NCBI GenBank assembly: GCA_964187785.1
Contig: OZ076409.1
Coordinates: forward strand, 47,928,001 to 47,992,000
DNA: 64,000 nt
Source of the DNA: Amphiscolops sp. MND2022
Lineage: Eukaryota
Reading direction: 5' to 3'
Below the pieces are notes generated by a model. The model was not told the DNA's origin. It saw only the letters and a program-made list of their open reading frames with translations, and made no database searches. Each line of letters starts with the position of its first letter. Within the stretch, counting starts at the first letter, position 1. Shown in pieces: positions 1 to 13,600 of this stretch. The position numbers were made by a program, and so were the translations under genes.

Positions 1-878
1 TTAAAAAAACAGCTTTTTTATCTCAAAGTGTTGAACAGAAAACATATCCCATAAAAATATTGACCCTGGGAGTGTTGTATATTTGGTTTGCCAAGCACTT
101 TATACTTTCTGAAAACGTTTACTTTCGCACTGAAAACGTTACGCACTGAACACTTTTCCGCAACTGAGAAATTCGTTAGAAAGGAAATATATCAATGAGT
201 TGATACTCGTTGGGAAGTTTCCTATCAAATAGACAGAAAGATTCTCTTTTATAGATTCAGTAGACTCTTGTATATTTTATCTTTTGCATGTTTTTTTTTC
301 AATTGAAACTAAATTCAAATGAATCTGAAATTCAATCAGCAAGAAAATTTATTGTACGTTTCAAAGTAGTAAACAGTGCATGTGCAAATGGCCGCTGAAA
401 CTTGAGCAACTTTTGATAAAGTACATCGTACAACTTTACATCGTAGCCTTCGTGGTTCAGTCGTCACTTCTTTTTGAAATCTGTTTTTGAATTTGGAAGA
501 GTTCAAAACTAAAATTTTGAGACATTTGTTCTACACAACTTTTTTCTCAATATATCATTGTCTTTTGACTTTGTTGTCAACGGGGCTTATCTTGTCTGCT
601 AACTATTAATTACAGCGTTAATAAGTGATGATTGTCGAGTGCCGATCATTAGGGCAAATACCAGAACACATGAAAATATATCAATCATCTACAATTTCTG
701 GTACTTACAAAACGGATGTTAAAAATTGTCATCTTTGTTCATGCTTGAATATGTTGAAACTGGTCCAAAAAGAGTCCCGTTGAGGCTATTAGCAGTCGCC
801 TCAAATAATTAATTAAGTAACTTGAAACCATAAACACGCCTTTACCTGACAATTCATTTCTATTACAAAACCTTCAAT

Positions 879-1538
879 TTGAATCAAGTTGATTCGAGTC
901 AATCCGTAATATCAAATCTCACCATCGAGTATTGTGTGTGTTTTATAGCAACTCATATAACTATAAAAGCAACAAACGTTGCAAAACGTTCATCCAAAAT
1001 TTGCATCTTCGTAGAACCTTTAAATTTACCCATGCCTGGGTACAGAAATCTGCCACCTTGCATGTTGGATTTGAATCACAACATGGAAATATTTCCCGTT
1101 GGGCGCCAAATCTCCTTGGCGAATCTCTTGTGTCCTTGGTGTTATAGACGATTCTGCCTTGAATGCTATCAACGTCGAAACCAACGTACTGCGGCAACTC
1201 GGGAAACCCCTAATTCCAGAGAGAACCTGATTCGCCAGAACCTAAATCCACGAAAACGGAATCGGTTGACCAATCGCCATGCGGCACATCGACAACGACG
1301 TAGTCGAGTAATCAACGAAGTATCGGTGGTTGAAAACCCTGGTGACTTGTATTTGCAAGAAAACGCAATTGAGAGAAGGTTGAAAGAGGAGCGGGAAGCT
1401 GACCGAAGAAGCAGAAGCTCATCATCGGATCAAAGAAGTAGCAATAATTCTGGCCGACCTGTCTCCAGAAGCCTAGTTCAAAGAAAGCTCCAATTGAAAA
1501 AGCCCGCATTAAAAGGAAATGATAGACTTAAAACTTAA
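879..1538 (+). other. Unassigned ORF (219 aa; CxxC-x3-CxxC cluster followed by an Arg/Ser-rich region); possibly a decayed gene or transposon fragment
   Basis: ORF track; CPWCYRRFCLEC motif; no family recognised. Confidence 0.2.
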
Positions 1539-3289
1539 GCTGCTCACTCGAGACGAACTTTCACCCGAAATCCCAGGTACATATTCAGAAACATAAATCA
1601 GCCTTGAGCCAAACGTCATGGGTGGCGATAGAAACTTTTGCGCTAGAGAAATATCTTTAGCATCAATTGATAACGTTTGATCCCTCTGCTGCACCCTTCA
1701 TTGCCCAGAAGGTTCATACCGAAGTCAAGCAACTTTACGGAGTAATGGTCTTTCGCACAAATTTTGCTCTGATGAGTCTCACTTTTTGCTACCAAATAAT
1801 TTCCTAAAAGCTTTTATGTTTCTATAGAAATTTATTTCAGTTTCAGCAACAACTCTAATTTGTGTTTATTTTTTTTCTATTTTTATGCATTATTAGATCT
1901 TCAACGTTACAAATGATACATGTCAGCACGTTTTTAAAGAGTTCACTACAGATGTGTATACCAAGTTTTTTGGTTACTGTGATATATACAAATTTAGGTA
2001 GTATCTGGTAATTAACTTAACGTTATCTATTCCTTAAATTTCAAGGCGATGTCCAAGAACACAGATGTGACATAATTATTTCATTGTGTCTTAACTTTTG
2101 CTTTCGTTCTCATTAATTATGTTTTCTATTTGACCTTTGTCGTCATATTTTGCCTCCTTTGATCTGACATTTCATTTTGTATGTTGTCCCCTTGAAACTG
2201 TTAACAAGTGTTGTAAGCAGCATTTTTTGTTGCTGAAAACTTCGATTAGGTAACTATAGTTACTATAGATCTAATGTTTGAGTTTTGAGTTACAGAATAC
2301 AAGTGGTTCTGATTAGAAATGTAGAATTTGGTAGGTTAGTTCAAAGTCGGAACATTATAGTTTCATTAATAGTTCATTAAAACTGGACAGTCTAAACTGG
2401 TCATGAAAATCACGAGTGAAAAGTTTTCACGATTCGATAAGTTATCTTTTGAGTTCCCTAGATTTAAAAAATATTCAAAAAAATAATTTAAAAAATAATT
2501 TTATTAATATTAAATAATTAATAAATTTATTAATTATTAAAATAAAATTAAAATTTTTCTTAAGTAAAAATTAATTAAAAATAATTTTTGCCTTAAACTT
2601 GTTTGAAAAGAACGCATTTTTCAAAACGAACGCATTGAAATAAAATTTGTTGCTAGCTGTTAGCTATTTTTATTCATCTATTGAATGACTCTTAACATTT
2701 AAAGTTTGAACATTTGACATCTAACTTGAAAAATAAAATAGATGAATAAAATTTTAGGGTACCAAAAATCACTCGAATTCGCTGGCGGAAAATTTCATTT
2801 TATATAGAAAGATTTACATTCATTTGACAAAAAGTCTCTTCGAAGACAAGAAATCGAAAAACTATGTAACATCATCATCGCTTGGCATGTGTGAATTTTA
2901 GAATTTCCGAAAAACATGCGGGTCCTAAAAAAACTTCAGCGACAAGTTTTGTACCTTTGAGGCTGTTCTCTAATTTTCCACAGTGGGGCCTCTTTGAAAA
3001 CACTCTCATTTAAAATATACTCAGCAAAATGGTCTCACAATTCAAATATTTGTAAAATATTGTCATTTTCCGCCCATATTTCATATGGGAAAGGAAAATA
3101 TTTGAATCAAACGTTTTTTTTAAAACAAAATTTGCCAAGCACGAAATTTATATTCACCTTAAAGGGCGTAACCCATAGAATACAACTCAAGTCAATTTAG
3201 CTTCGTGCGATATGTATTTGTAGAGATTTTTGGATTTTTCTGGAAATGACGAAAATAACCCCATAATGACCCAAAATGACCCCGAAAAG

Positions 3290-4076
3290 GACAAAAATTC
3301 AAAAATTTCCCAATATTCAACGTTTTTATGCAATTTTTGTCATTTTTTCGTTAAACATCGTGGATTAAAATGTTCAAAAACGTTCAACAAGGCACGAATT
3401 TGTTGTCCAATAGTATTCTATGAAGAGATAAATGCGGTTTTCAAAAGAAAAATCACCCCAAAAACGACAAAAATTCCAAAATTTTTTGATTTTTAACGTT
3501 TTTATGCAATTTTTATCAAATTTTTGATAGACTTCGTGGATTAGAATATTGAAAACGCTCAACATGGCAGCAATTCGTTGACCAGTAGGCTTTTCCGAAA
3601 AGAGAATTGCTGTTTTCTAAATGAAAAATATATCAAATTGGAACCGAAAATGACAAAACCCAAAATTTTCCGAATTTTTAAAGTTTTTTATGCAATTTTT
3701 GTCAAATTTTCAACAGACTTCGTAGATTGGAATGTTGAAAAGAGTCAATAAGGAACAAATTTGTTGTCCATTAGCCTTTGTTGAAGAGATAATTGCGAAT
3801 TTCAAGTTGAAAAATATCTCAAATTGGCACCGGAATAGACAAAAAACCCAAAATTTTCAAACTTTCAAAAATTTTATGCAATTTTTGTCAACTTTCGACA
3901 GACTTCGTAAATTGGAATGTTGAAAAGAGTCAACAAGGAACAAGTTTGCTGTCTAGTAGTCTTTTATGAAGAGATAATTGCAGTTTTCTGAATAAAACTT
4001 ATCTCAAATTGACAACCAAAATGAGAAAAAACCCAAAATTTTCAAATTTTCAATGTTTATTTGCAGTTTTTGTCAA
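3290..4076. repeat. Degenerate tandem repeat, ~180-bp period, 4-5 copies
   Basis: Core TTTTATGCAATTTTTGTC...GACTTCGT..ATT.GAATGTTGAAAA recurs near 3325, 3500, 3686, 3872 and 4056. Confidence 0.7.
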
Positions 4077-7000
4077 GGGAAAAATTCGCAGACATCGGTC
4101 GAAAACTTTTCAAAATTGATTGCAAAAAGTCGAAATTTTGCCTATTTCTGACATTTCCAGTGAATTTTTATTTGAGATAAAAGCTTCCAAACGCTTGAAA
4201 TGATAAAAATAGGTCCGCAGCGCATTTTGTGAGGAGAAATTTGCATGTTTTTTGACAGAAAGTTCCCTCAGAATGACCTACATAACGCAAAAACTGATTT
4301 TTAAATTTTTTAAACATTTTATGTACTTTTTTGTTTAACTTTTAAGCTGCTTCCTTACATAAAGCGGGTTAAAAACTCAGTAATGACTAATCGCGGTGTC
4401 CAGTAGGCATCTTTGAAGATCTAACTGCAATGTTTTTGTAATTGGCGTCAAAACACCCCCAAAATCCAACGAACGGCCAAAAAGCACGCTTTTTGACAAA
4501 TCAATCCAAAGTTTTGTTCAAACCACGAAACTTTTGTGGAATAGAAATTCCATTTACCTGAAAGTTGAAACAATGAGGTATTCAAAACGAAATTTGGGAA
4601 AGAAAGTACGATGAAGTTCTTCGGGTTAACAACAAAGGTATCAGAATTTTCGAATTTTCACAATTTTCGACAACCAAGTAACAATTTTGGAACCTTTCCG
4701 AAAATTTTCTACAATAAGAAAAGCCATCGGCTCAGCATTGAAACGTGTTGCTACCGGTAGTGTTTCGGAAAGATATCAGACAAGTTTTTGTGCACAATTT
4801 TCAAAAAATTTCCTTTGAAAACGTAAAATTCTTTTTCGACCTTTTTTGTGAAACGTTCAATATTCAAAAAGCTGCAAGTAAAATCACTATATATGGAGTA
4901 ATTTTTCAAAGGGAAAACGTTTTTGCAGTTGCCCACGTAGGAAGAAAACCTGGGAATGACCCATAGACAAAAATGAAGAGAGGCATTTTCCACAATCATC
5001 AAGAAAACTCATCAGGTCCAAACTATCAAAACTAACAAAGGGGTCACCCCCAAGACTCGGGAAACTTTTTTCCTTTACAGAAAACCTAAAAATTTATAAA
5101 TTGTGGAAAATGTTTTTCGAAAATTGTTTTCGGAAAGTTTCTCTTCACGCGGTAAAGTTGCATAGTGCCGAAAATACGAAAAGTGGGCAGCTATTGCAGA
5201 AATAATAAAATAGGTATTCGCTTTAAAAATGGACTAAGATGAATCAAAGTTTTTTTCTTGGAACTTTTTTTCCATAGTCCATTGGCTATTCTTGAGCCTC
5301 AAGATTATATAGTATAGGAAAATATCTTGCTGCTCAGCGGGCGTCTTGTTTGACTATTTTTGGCAGTTCAATATTCAGAAAATTTTTTTAAAATAAAGTG
5401 TTCAATACAACAGGGAACGGCGCCGAGGCTACAAAATTGATCAATATTATTTTCCGATGTAAGAAGTTAAAAGAAAATACAAAATACCTAATAGTAGAAT
5501 GTCATTGCTTTTAATACTTTCTTCTATCTCGAAAAAAAAAACAAAAATTACTGTTGTGATCAAAAATTGAGAGATATTTGCCCATGAAACTTTGCTGTCA
5601 AATTCATATCTAAAGAAATAATGCGCTTTCGCCTGCCAATTTAGCTTTATCGTACCATAGTGTATGTTGCGCTTATTTGTTGCGTTGTATTTACATTACA
5701 GGTCAGGCAAAAACCCTAGCTTTCACATTTGTTCAAATTGTGATGTTATAACATGAGGTTATTTTTATTATTATTTCTGCGATAGCAGGAATATCATTGA
5801 AACCTCAAGATTTTCACTTTTTTGTTCTGTACAATTCTTGTCGTGATACTGAAAAATTTAGATATTTTGTTCGGCAGTGAGTATAAGCGTGAGATTTAAG
5901 TTTCTCAAGCTGTCGACAACAATTCGTTTCTCGTGCGATGGTACGAGCGAGTGGTAATTATGCATTCGTACGCCAAGTTATTGAGATGAAGCGAACGAGT
6001 GTTAATTATTCGTTCGCCGAGAGCTTCGGCTGCATTCAATTGCGAATGCGAAACTTCGTCTATGCTTAGTAATTATAATTTCTTTAGTCCGAAAAGAATT
6101 AAAGGCGGTGTAAACTGGTAGTGATTATTTGTGCGATATCTATAATTGAAGATGAAAGCTTAAAAGCCGAAATGATAGTGTGCCCTGCAAGTGCCAATTT
6201 TTCTAAACGATTCAAATTAACACCCAGCTCAAAACTTTTAGCGCAACTTTCGACATCTATTGGCTAAATCATTTTGAATGTGAATGGCTCAATGAAATTA
6301 CAGGGTAGCTAGCTGATCTTTCTAGATAAAACAGCGCCGAAAACTGACGACATGTGCAATTGTGCCCTTGATAGAAGATTTCAACATTTAAGCCCCGAGT
6401 TTGCGCCAAACATTGAATGGCTTGAATTTCTTGTCATTGTTGTCTGGTGTTAAGGTCGCAAATACGAGATTGCCATTGCAGTGAACTTTGATATTGCTTA
6501 GACACGAACAATTTCTGAGGACAAACTTCATGGCATACAGTTGACACATTTCGTTTTAGAGCACTCTGTAGTTTATATTTAATTTTACCGCCAGGTTCCT
6601 TACAGCAGCAAAGTAGTTTATAAAAATCAAATGTTTTTATTAATACCTTGTCATTCTGAACAATGTGGTACAATTATGACAATATTAAAAGCTGATTGCA
6701 AAATACAAATGAAAACATTACAAAATTTCAAATTAGGTAGAAATTGCATCATTAATACTCTTATGGACGAATATCTATGTAGAACCTTCGTGGTACCAGC
6801 CATTTGCATGGTTCTCTTCAAACAGACATTGTCCCACCAATGAGCTTGACATGGATTTTCTAATTTGAGATGATTAATTGTGGGTCACATGACTGTCAGT
6901 CACGTCACGTGACTGAGTCAGTATCTGGGCATGTTTATTCTTGTGCCATCCTGGAGCACGGCTTGATTAGGCGCATCTGTCACCCACACACTTCTGCACT

Positions 7001-7128
7001 GCTGAGGTACAATACAGGTGTGAACTACCTGTTACATGCATGCTCAAAATATTACAGTGCCTAAATTGCGAATACTTTAAGAATACTTTTTTCCGAAAAT
7101 CAAAAAAATAAAATGCAAATAATATTCA

Positions 7129-7734
7129 CTAATCAAAATCAGTGTCGTAAGCACGAGTGTCTGAGGATGTGAATCCATCCCTCTCACGATTACCAAGTGT
7201 CTTACTCTTCGAATTGTTTCTAGAGTCTGAATTACGCAGAACTTCAGAATATCCTTCCGGTCTCTCGGACGGAACGTTCCATCTCTCTTTGGTCATATGT
7301 CCGGAATCGGCCATAAGGGCATTTTGAATCTGGGGAAGAACTTGATTGCTAATTGCCTCACTTATAGCTCTTTGAATCTGCACACTGACGCTGTTCATCA
7401 TCTCATCCATCTCCCGAGATATACGGGAATTCAACTCACTCGACAATCTGTTGATCTCGGCGTTAGAACTACCTCTAGCTGAGTTCTGGCCTAGTTCGGC
7501 ATTTGGACTAGGTCCATTGTTCTCAGAGTTAGATAACCTATTTTCATCCTCATTTTCAAATTCGTCGCCAAAAGGACTACCGGGTCTTCTGGCCTGGTTA
7601 CTATTTAGACTATCACTTCTTTCGTTTCTATTGTAATGATTTCCTCCAAGCATTATGTCTAAATTCTCAATATCTGACAACATTTCTGCCTCTCTTGATT
7701 TTCTCGCTTTCTTTTGTTTCCTTGTGGTAAGCAT
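7129..7734 (-). other. Copy of the Gag N-terminal ~197 codons carried in the 3' LTR (truncated at the element end)
   Basis: Matches the start of ORF 20474-22195 except at residue 2; runs into flanking DNA and stops. Confidence 0.85.
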
Positions 7735-8988
7735 TGAAATTGAACCGGGTTGAATAATTCAATTATTAAAACCGGAAAACTGACAAACGTCGTTGTAACA
7801 AATCAATCTTTATCAAAGCAAGGTTATGGAAATTGTGTCTCCCTTTGCAGGAAAGTGACTATATATACCCCTGAAGGGTGACACTTGCATTCCACGGATT
7901 CTTTGATCAAGATAATATCATGTGGTTATGTCCTCAACAGGTCATGTGACAAATATCATTACTGCGTCGGGTATTAATACTTCAAAGCAACTATTTTAGG
8001 GTGATGTCCCGATTGGGAAAATTCCTAACATTTTACAATCACAACTATTCATTCATCAAAGGCGGCGTCAAAATATTTACTAGCGCATCAAATGAAATTT
8101 CCGTCCATCAAAGGAACTAGTACTCATCATGAATATAAATAACATTGCATACATTCCTTTCTGGCACGTGCCACCACGTGACCTATATTAGCTTTGCAGC
8201 AGTGTGAAGCACCTCATGTTATTAGGCCCAATACGGCCAATTGACATGTTAATGGTTATATGCGTTGATTAACCGATTAGCCCCAAATACATGTACTGCA
8301 TCACTTTCCAAAGGAACGTAACAATTCCAATGGCCGGGAATAGCCGGCTAATTAATGGGCAAGTACTAATGAAATATGGCCTTAAGGGCCTAGCAAAAGG
8401 TTGGGTATTAAAATGAAGCATCAGTTAAGAACAAAGATCTGGCTATTATGAAAACACAAACTCAACAAACATGATTTGTTACATGTCAAGTTATCACCTT
8501 ATTTCAATCTTGAACTAATGGGACGGAACCGGCCATTCGACCAGTGTACCTAAGGAGAATATTAAAGGCGCGGTAATTGGCCTTACTCGGCCATTAATTG
8601 AATAGCATCAATAAACGAGATTGTATACTGCGATATGATTGGTTGAGGTAACGTGCTCAAGTGACGCTGGCGGTACATTGCCGTACGTCACTTGAACTCG
8701 TTTCCTATACTGCCTTACAGTTGCTCGTTTCATTGTATTTCATATTGCTTTAAATTAGCGCCTTACAACTCTATCAGCTCGATTGAAATTTCCAATTGTT
8801 GGATTTAACAGACTAATTGTATATAAAATGAGCGTCATCAATGATCATGATACACAAAATAACAAAATGGCGTGAAAGTTTGATATCAATTGTAAGTTCT
8901 TAATAAATAGGTAAGGTTCCGGGTACGTATTCTTGACCAGCTGCCGAAGTAGTTACTGTCGTGCCGTCACAGGCGGCAGCCTGCGACA
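7143..8988 (-). repeat. 3' LTR of element A (1846 bp)
   Basis: Direct repeat of 21604-23449 at a constant offset of 14461; I noticed one substitution (MLTT vs MPTT codon). Confidence 0.97.
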
Positions 8989-9646
8989 CTGCGGGTGTTA
9001 TGAAAAGGAAGCAACCCGCATTAAGCCCATTCTCGTAGGCTTCTTTCCTTAACTTCGTGATGTGCTCGGGCTCATTCCTTGGGGTGGATCGTTCCATATA
9101 CCATCTGACTCTCTCACTCTTGATTGCATCTACAGAGCGGCCGCAAACCATACACCCAGTATATTGGGTCTCGCTGACATTTTGGTAGGGCACCGAGTTC
9201 TGCACGTGATAAGACACATGAAAATCACTTACTGCGGGCTGGACCAGAGGGGTATCCTGGCTTGGCCCCCTCTCGTGGATTGGTGGAGACATCGGTGATT
9301 CCAGCACTGGCAACAGCGTCTTGCAGAGCTCAATTCGTGATTTTTCCGCTCTCTTTGACGGGGCATAGCACCTTTCGTGATCAAAGTATTTTGTGTCTAA
9401 CTTGGGAGTCACATCTTGCCCCGGCTGCCTGGTGCTTGGTCCTGCGACCATTTCTTCCTCCATACTGCTAGTCGTCATGACACGTCCGGCAATTAGAATG
9501 GGGCTGGACACTACCTGCTTCTCCACCCTTCTGATCATTTCGTCCGTGTCCGTCGACCAGTCTGAGTCCAAATCAACTGAGGTTTCCTCATCGCTGCTTA
9601 TGTAAATGACTGAATCGCCTGATGAGTCTGAGTCCAGTTCAGCCAT
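8900..9646 (-). CDS. Accessory ORF of element A (248 aa; acidic N-terminus with SIM-like VIYISSDEE; CxxC); ends 89 nt inside the 3' LTR
   Basis: ATG-initiated intact ORF; positional counterpart in element C. Confidence 0.75.
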   Translation of the reverse strand: MAELDSDSSGDSVIYISSDEETSVDLDSDWSTDTDEMIRRVEKQVVSSPILIAGRVMTTSSMEEEMVAGPSTRQPGQDVTPKLDTKYFDHERCYAPSKRAEKSRIELCKTLLPVLESPMSPPIHERGPSQDTPLVQPAVSDFHVSYHVQNSVPYQNVSETQYTGCMVCGRSVDAIKSERVRWYMERSTPRNEPEHITKLRKEAYENGLNAGCFLFITPAVSQAAACDGTTVTTSAAGQEYVPGTLPIY

Positions 9647-10643
9647 CTCGAAGAGCTTTCCAGATTTTGCGTATTATCCATGATGAATTTTTTAGCTATT
9701 TTGAAGTTTATGAAGGCAACTAGCTGCAAGTGAGATTCAAAGTTGAATGAATTTATAAAACTCTCCTCGGGCCGACTCGGGCCGTTTTCCCGGGGTTTCG
9801 TTTCAGCGGCAGAATCTTTGGTTAATCGGTCTGATCCGTCGTAAACTTTCTTGAATGGAGTTTCTCAGCGGCGGTTCGCCCTTTGAATATCGGAACGCTA
9901 CCCCCCGAGCCTACCCTCTCAAGTAGGTAATCAGAGAGGTGTTAAGTTAACAACAACAAATAACTCCACTTCAAGAGGGTAATTAACATCAAGCTTGATA
10001 GCAATTAACGGCACGCATCAGATAAAGCCAACTAAAATGGCTTCAGCCAATCAAATTTGAGCTCCAATAAATTTGAAAAATGAATAATAAAGATGGCGAA
10101 AAATAATAATTTGAATAACTAAAATGGCGAAAATGATAAATCAAAATAATTCAAAATGGCGGAAATAACAATTTGAGTAACTAAAATAACGGAAGTCCCA
10201 ATTAGGACAACAAACAAAATGGAACGAGATGGTGAACCGAAATAGGGTAAACGGCCGTAACCGGCCAATAATTCCATAAGTTGTAAATAATGAAATAATC
10301 TTTGTACATTTCGCTGGCAGACTCCATGTACAGGATAAATATGTAAATAATCCCATAATATTAGTCTGGTAATAATCTTCAGCCACGAACTCCAACTCTT
10401 CAATTCCTTTACATTAAAGTTCTAAACCAATTCCATTTCTGATCATTCACATCTTCTTCTGCTATTTATATTTATCCAACCGTCATTCATCCTCGTGTGT
10501 CCACGACTACACAACTGCTTCCTCCAGCTCTTCTCTTCGGAGTATCCCAGATTTCCTTTTGTCCCTGTCGTAGTCAATTCAGCTCTACAAAGTCTTCTTC
10601 TCAGCACAAACAACTTCCGTTGGAACAACAACACTGAGGGAAC
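9647..10643. promoter_or_regulatory. Putative internal divergent promoter region of element A
   Basis: Non-coding gap between head-to-head genes; GGCC-N6-GGCC dyads at 9770 and 10253; clustered AA(A/G)ATGGCG motifs at about 10088-10163. Confidence 0.5.
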
Positions 10644-13600
10644 ATGTCTTCGAACACAGGTTGGTCTGATTTTCATATATTGAACTAGTTTAGCTTGATC
10701 AGGGCTAGACTTTGTTCATAATAAGCTTCCTGTTTCCACTAATAAGCGCGTGATAGCACATTTTGTTCAAATTCTCAAGTACTTCCGGAAGATTTCTAAT
10801 GCGGTAGAATGGATTCTTTTCGAGGAAGCATACCGCCAAACTTTATCTCTTTTCGTTTAGAGAATCAGACAACTGAAATTGCCAGCACATCAGCCAACCC
10901 TTCTACAACTGTCCCGACAGTTAGTCTTCCAACTGAGATGGAATCGCAAATCCCACATCCTGATACGTCCCAAACCACACCCAGCATCCATCCTGACGGG
11001 AAGAAGAATGAAAGTCGACCCGATGAAGCCACCTCCATGCACAGTACAGACAGTGATTTGGACGTGACGATTTATGCTGAGAATATGGTCCGACAACTAG
11101 AGAGTTCTCAGACATCAGACCGAACTCAACAAGAAGCCACACAGCTCTGTCCAAGTCAGGGTACGGACCCTGGCGTCCAGGAGGATTCGTCCGCCTCAAA
11201 CGTTGGGGAGACTAGGAGGGCAAGCACCCCTTTGGATACAGAAATGGGGGAGACTCCGACAGCTAATTTGTCAGCCCTGGAATCTGCTCTGCGAGTGGTC
11301 GAGAGTTCTGGGTCCCAACTGGCTGAACTTGTGGATGTTACCCAATCCGATGCCAACGTTGAGAGTGACTCCCTGGCACATCAGGACTGCGATGCCGCAT
11401 CATCCATTGGCGACGCTCCCCCACTCCCTGGAGGAGAATGCAAAATTCGGTACCTAACTGACCCTAGTGGGGATGAAGGAGCTACTGACCAATCTAGCGT
11501 GGTGGTTCCTGTAGCCTTGTATGGTTACACTCCCTTCGCGCATGCCTCTGAAACTGAAGGAGGAGATGAGACCGTTTCGGAACTTCTTGTCCCTGGTACT
11601 AGTGGACAGGCCCCTGGACAGGCTGAGTCCCACCGGGAACCACCCCACCTCTCGGGCAGAAGTCGGGCTATTCTCAAAGAATACTTTGACGAGTCCCCCT
11701 CTGTACGACTTCCAGTAGGTCATACCACTGTGTCATTTACTGAGCCACAGGTATACCATCTCCTTAGAGTCCTCACCGACGAGACTCTCAGCCGGTCCTT
11801 TTCGACCATGGAACAAATGGTCACAGATGCAGTCCGTGGAAAACCTACTGTCGCCCCATCGCGAACTGCTCATTTCTTTGCAGGGAGGCGGGCTCAGACA
11901 CCGGGTCCCAGTAGTATTGGAGACTCTAGTGGGAGTGACTCTGAAGGAGAAGTTACGTCAAGGGAGAGGGTTGCCGGATTGTCAAGTTCGGAAGACGCTG
12001 GAGATTCCTCGTATTATGGAGAAAGCGACAATGCTACTGAGCTGGATTTGATAGCGAAGTCCTTCAAGAAACCCGCTGAGACGCATGGTCCGCTAGTCCC
12101 GCAGTCGTCTGGCTTGGATTCTCAGGCTGATACTCCAGAATACAGCAGTCAAGATGCCACGCTCCTTGAAGTCAGGGACCAAGTCCTAGAACGTACCGCT
12201 GCTGGTTCGTCTAAGTCCAAGAAGAAGAGAGGCAACCGGAATCTCTCCAAACGAGGTGTCCCTATGCGAGAAGAGTTCTTCGCAAAGATCGGGTGGACCA
12301 GGTCCTTCATTTCAGGCCCTGCTGACCCACTCCATAATCCTCATATGGTTTGGTGTCATATCTGCAAGAAGAACTTCTCCATCAAGTCCAAGGGCCCGTA
12401 CGAGATATTGAGACACCACCGAACGGAGCGCCATCTGCGACGCGACCAACGCTGGCGCTATGAACATCTGCGGAGCACGGATCCGGTGACAGGGAAGGTG
12501 CAACACAGAGTCAGAGGCGGCAATGGGAAGTTGTTGTCCAAAGTTGAGCTGGCTAAGGAGCTGCCCAAATTTATCCACGTTGAGCTTGTGGACATAGGAG
12601 AACGCTTCCCCTTCTATGAGGACTTCGTCAAAGGATCGACCACTGCTTTGGTTACCCCGGAATCTCGCACCAAGACTCAGCTCTGCCTGGTTGGAGATTT
12701 CATCAAGAGCCAAGGAGATCTGACGGTTCTACGAAATCTGTGGTCCCGGATGGGGTCATTTACCAATCATCAGGCTACCTTCAACGACTTTGATTGGGGA
12801 GAAGAGAGATTGTCGGTAAGCATTTGTTCGTTTCATCCACTTAGGTTCCATTCCTTCTAAGGTTTCAAAAGGTTTTGTTTCTAGGCGATCTTCCAACACT
12901 TCTTCATCTGTTGCCTTGAGGACATAGCAGAGAATGTCAACACTCAGCAGTGCTTCGCTCTTGAGTTCGAGACCAAAGGAGTCTACAAGCACATGTCCAT
13001 CAAGTTCTGGAATGGCTCTGAGCTTTGTAGAGTCTTCATATGCCGCAGCTCACAGATCACCACAGACGTGACAGGAGAACTTGGGTCTTTGTCCCGACTC
13101 CTCTCTGCCATATCTACCAAACCTGGGATCGTGGCCTGTTCTGGATGTCACTCTGAATTACCCAGGGCCATCGACGAGTCAGAGTACTACAAACAGGGGG
13201 TCCAAAGCTGTCTGCGCTTCGAACACTTCAGCCTGCCCAACCTCCTGCACAAGTCGAGTTATAGTGTTTTCGGGAAGATAGACTTCTTCTCTGTCCTTCA
13301 AGCCTTGGTGGTTTCTCTGGGTGGGTCCCTCATGGAAGATTGGGTTCTCCGCAGCCCAGAACTTACCAAAGTAAGTAGTTTCTTTGCATTCCTCTCGTCG
13401 GGGTCATAGGCTTATATAGGGCTCTTTCATCTTATTCGTCTGGAATCCTCATGTGGCTTTATTGTACTTTCCAGGCTGTGACCAGTTGTAAGCTCGAAGT
13501 GACAGCCTTGCCTGTTCTTTGTCGAGAACTCATCGCCGAATGGAAGAACGTGGTGCGGTACCTGACCACACATGCGCCATTGCAAGAAGGTCAAGGATCC

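Noticed and set aside
879..1800. Possible Helitron or zinc-finger gene fragment
   Set aside because: Only a Cys cluster and a charged region; no Rep/helicase or other diagnostic motif recognised
2461..2590. Extremely AT-rich tract as an origin or regulatory element
   Set aside because: Low-complexity sequence with no specific supporting structure
7129..7734. Separate 201-aa host gene (likewise 43660-44127)
   Set aside because: It is the LTR-borne duplicate of the Gag N-terminus
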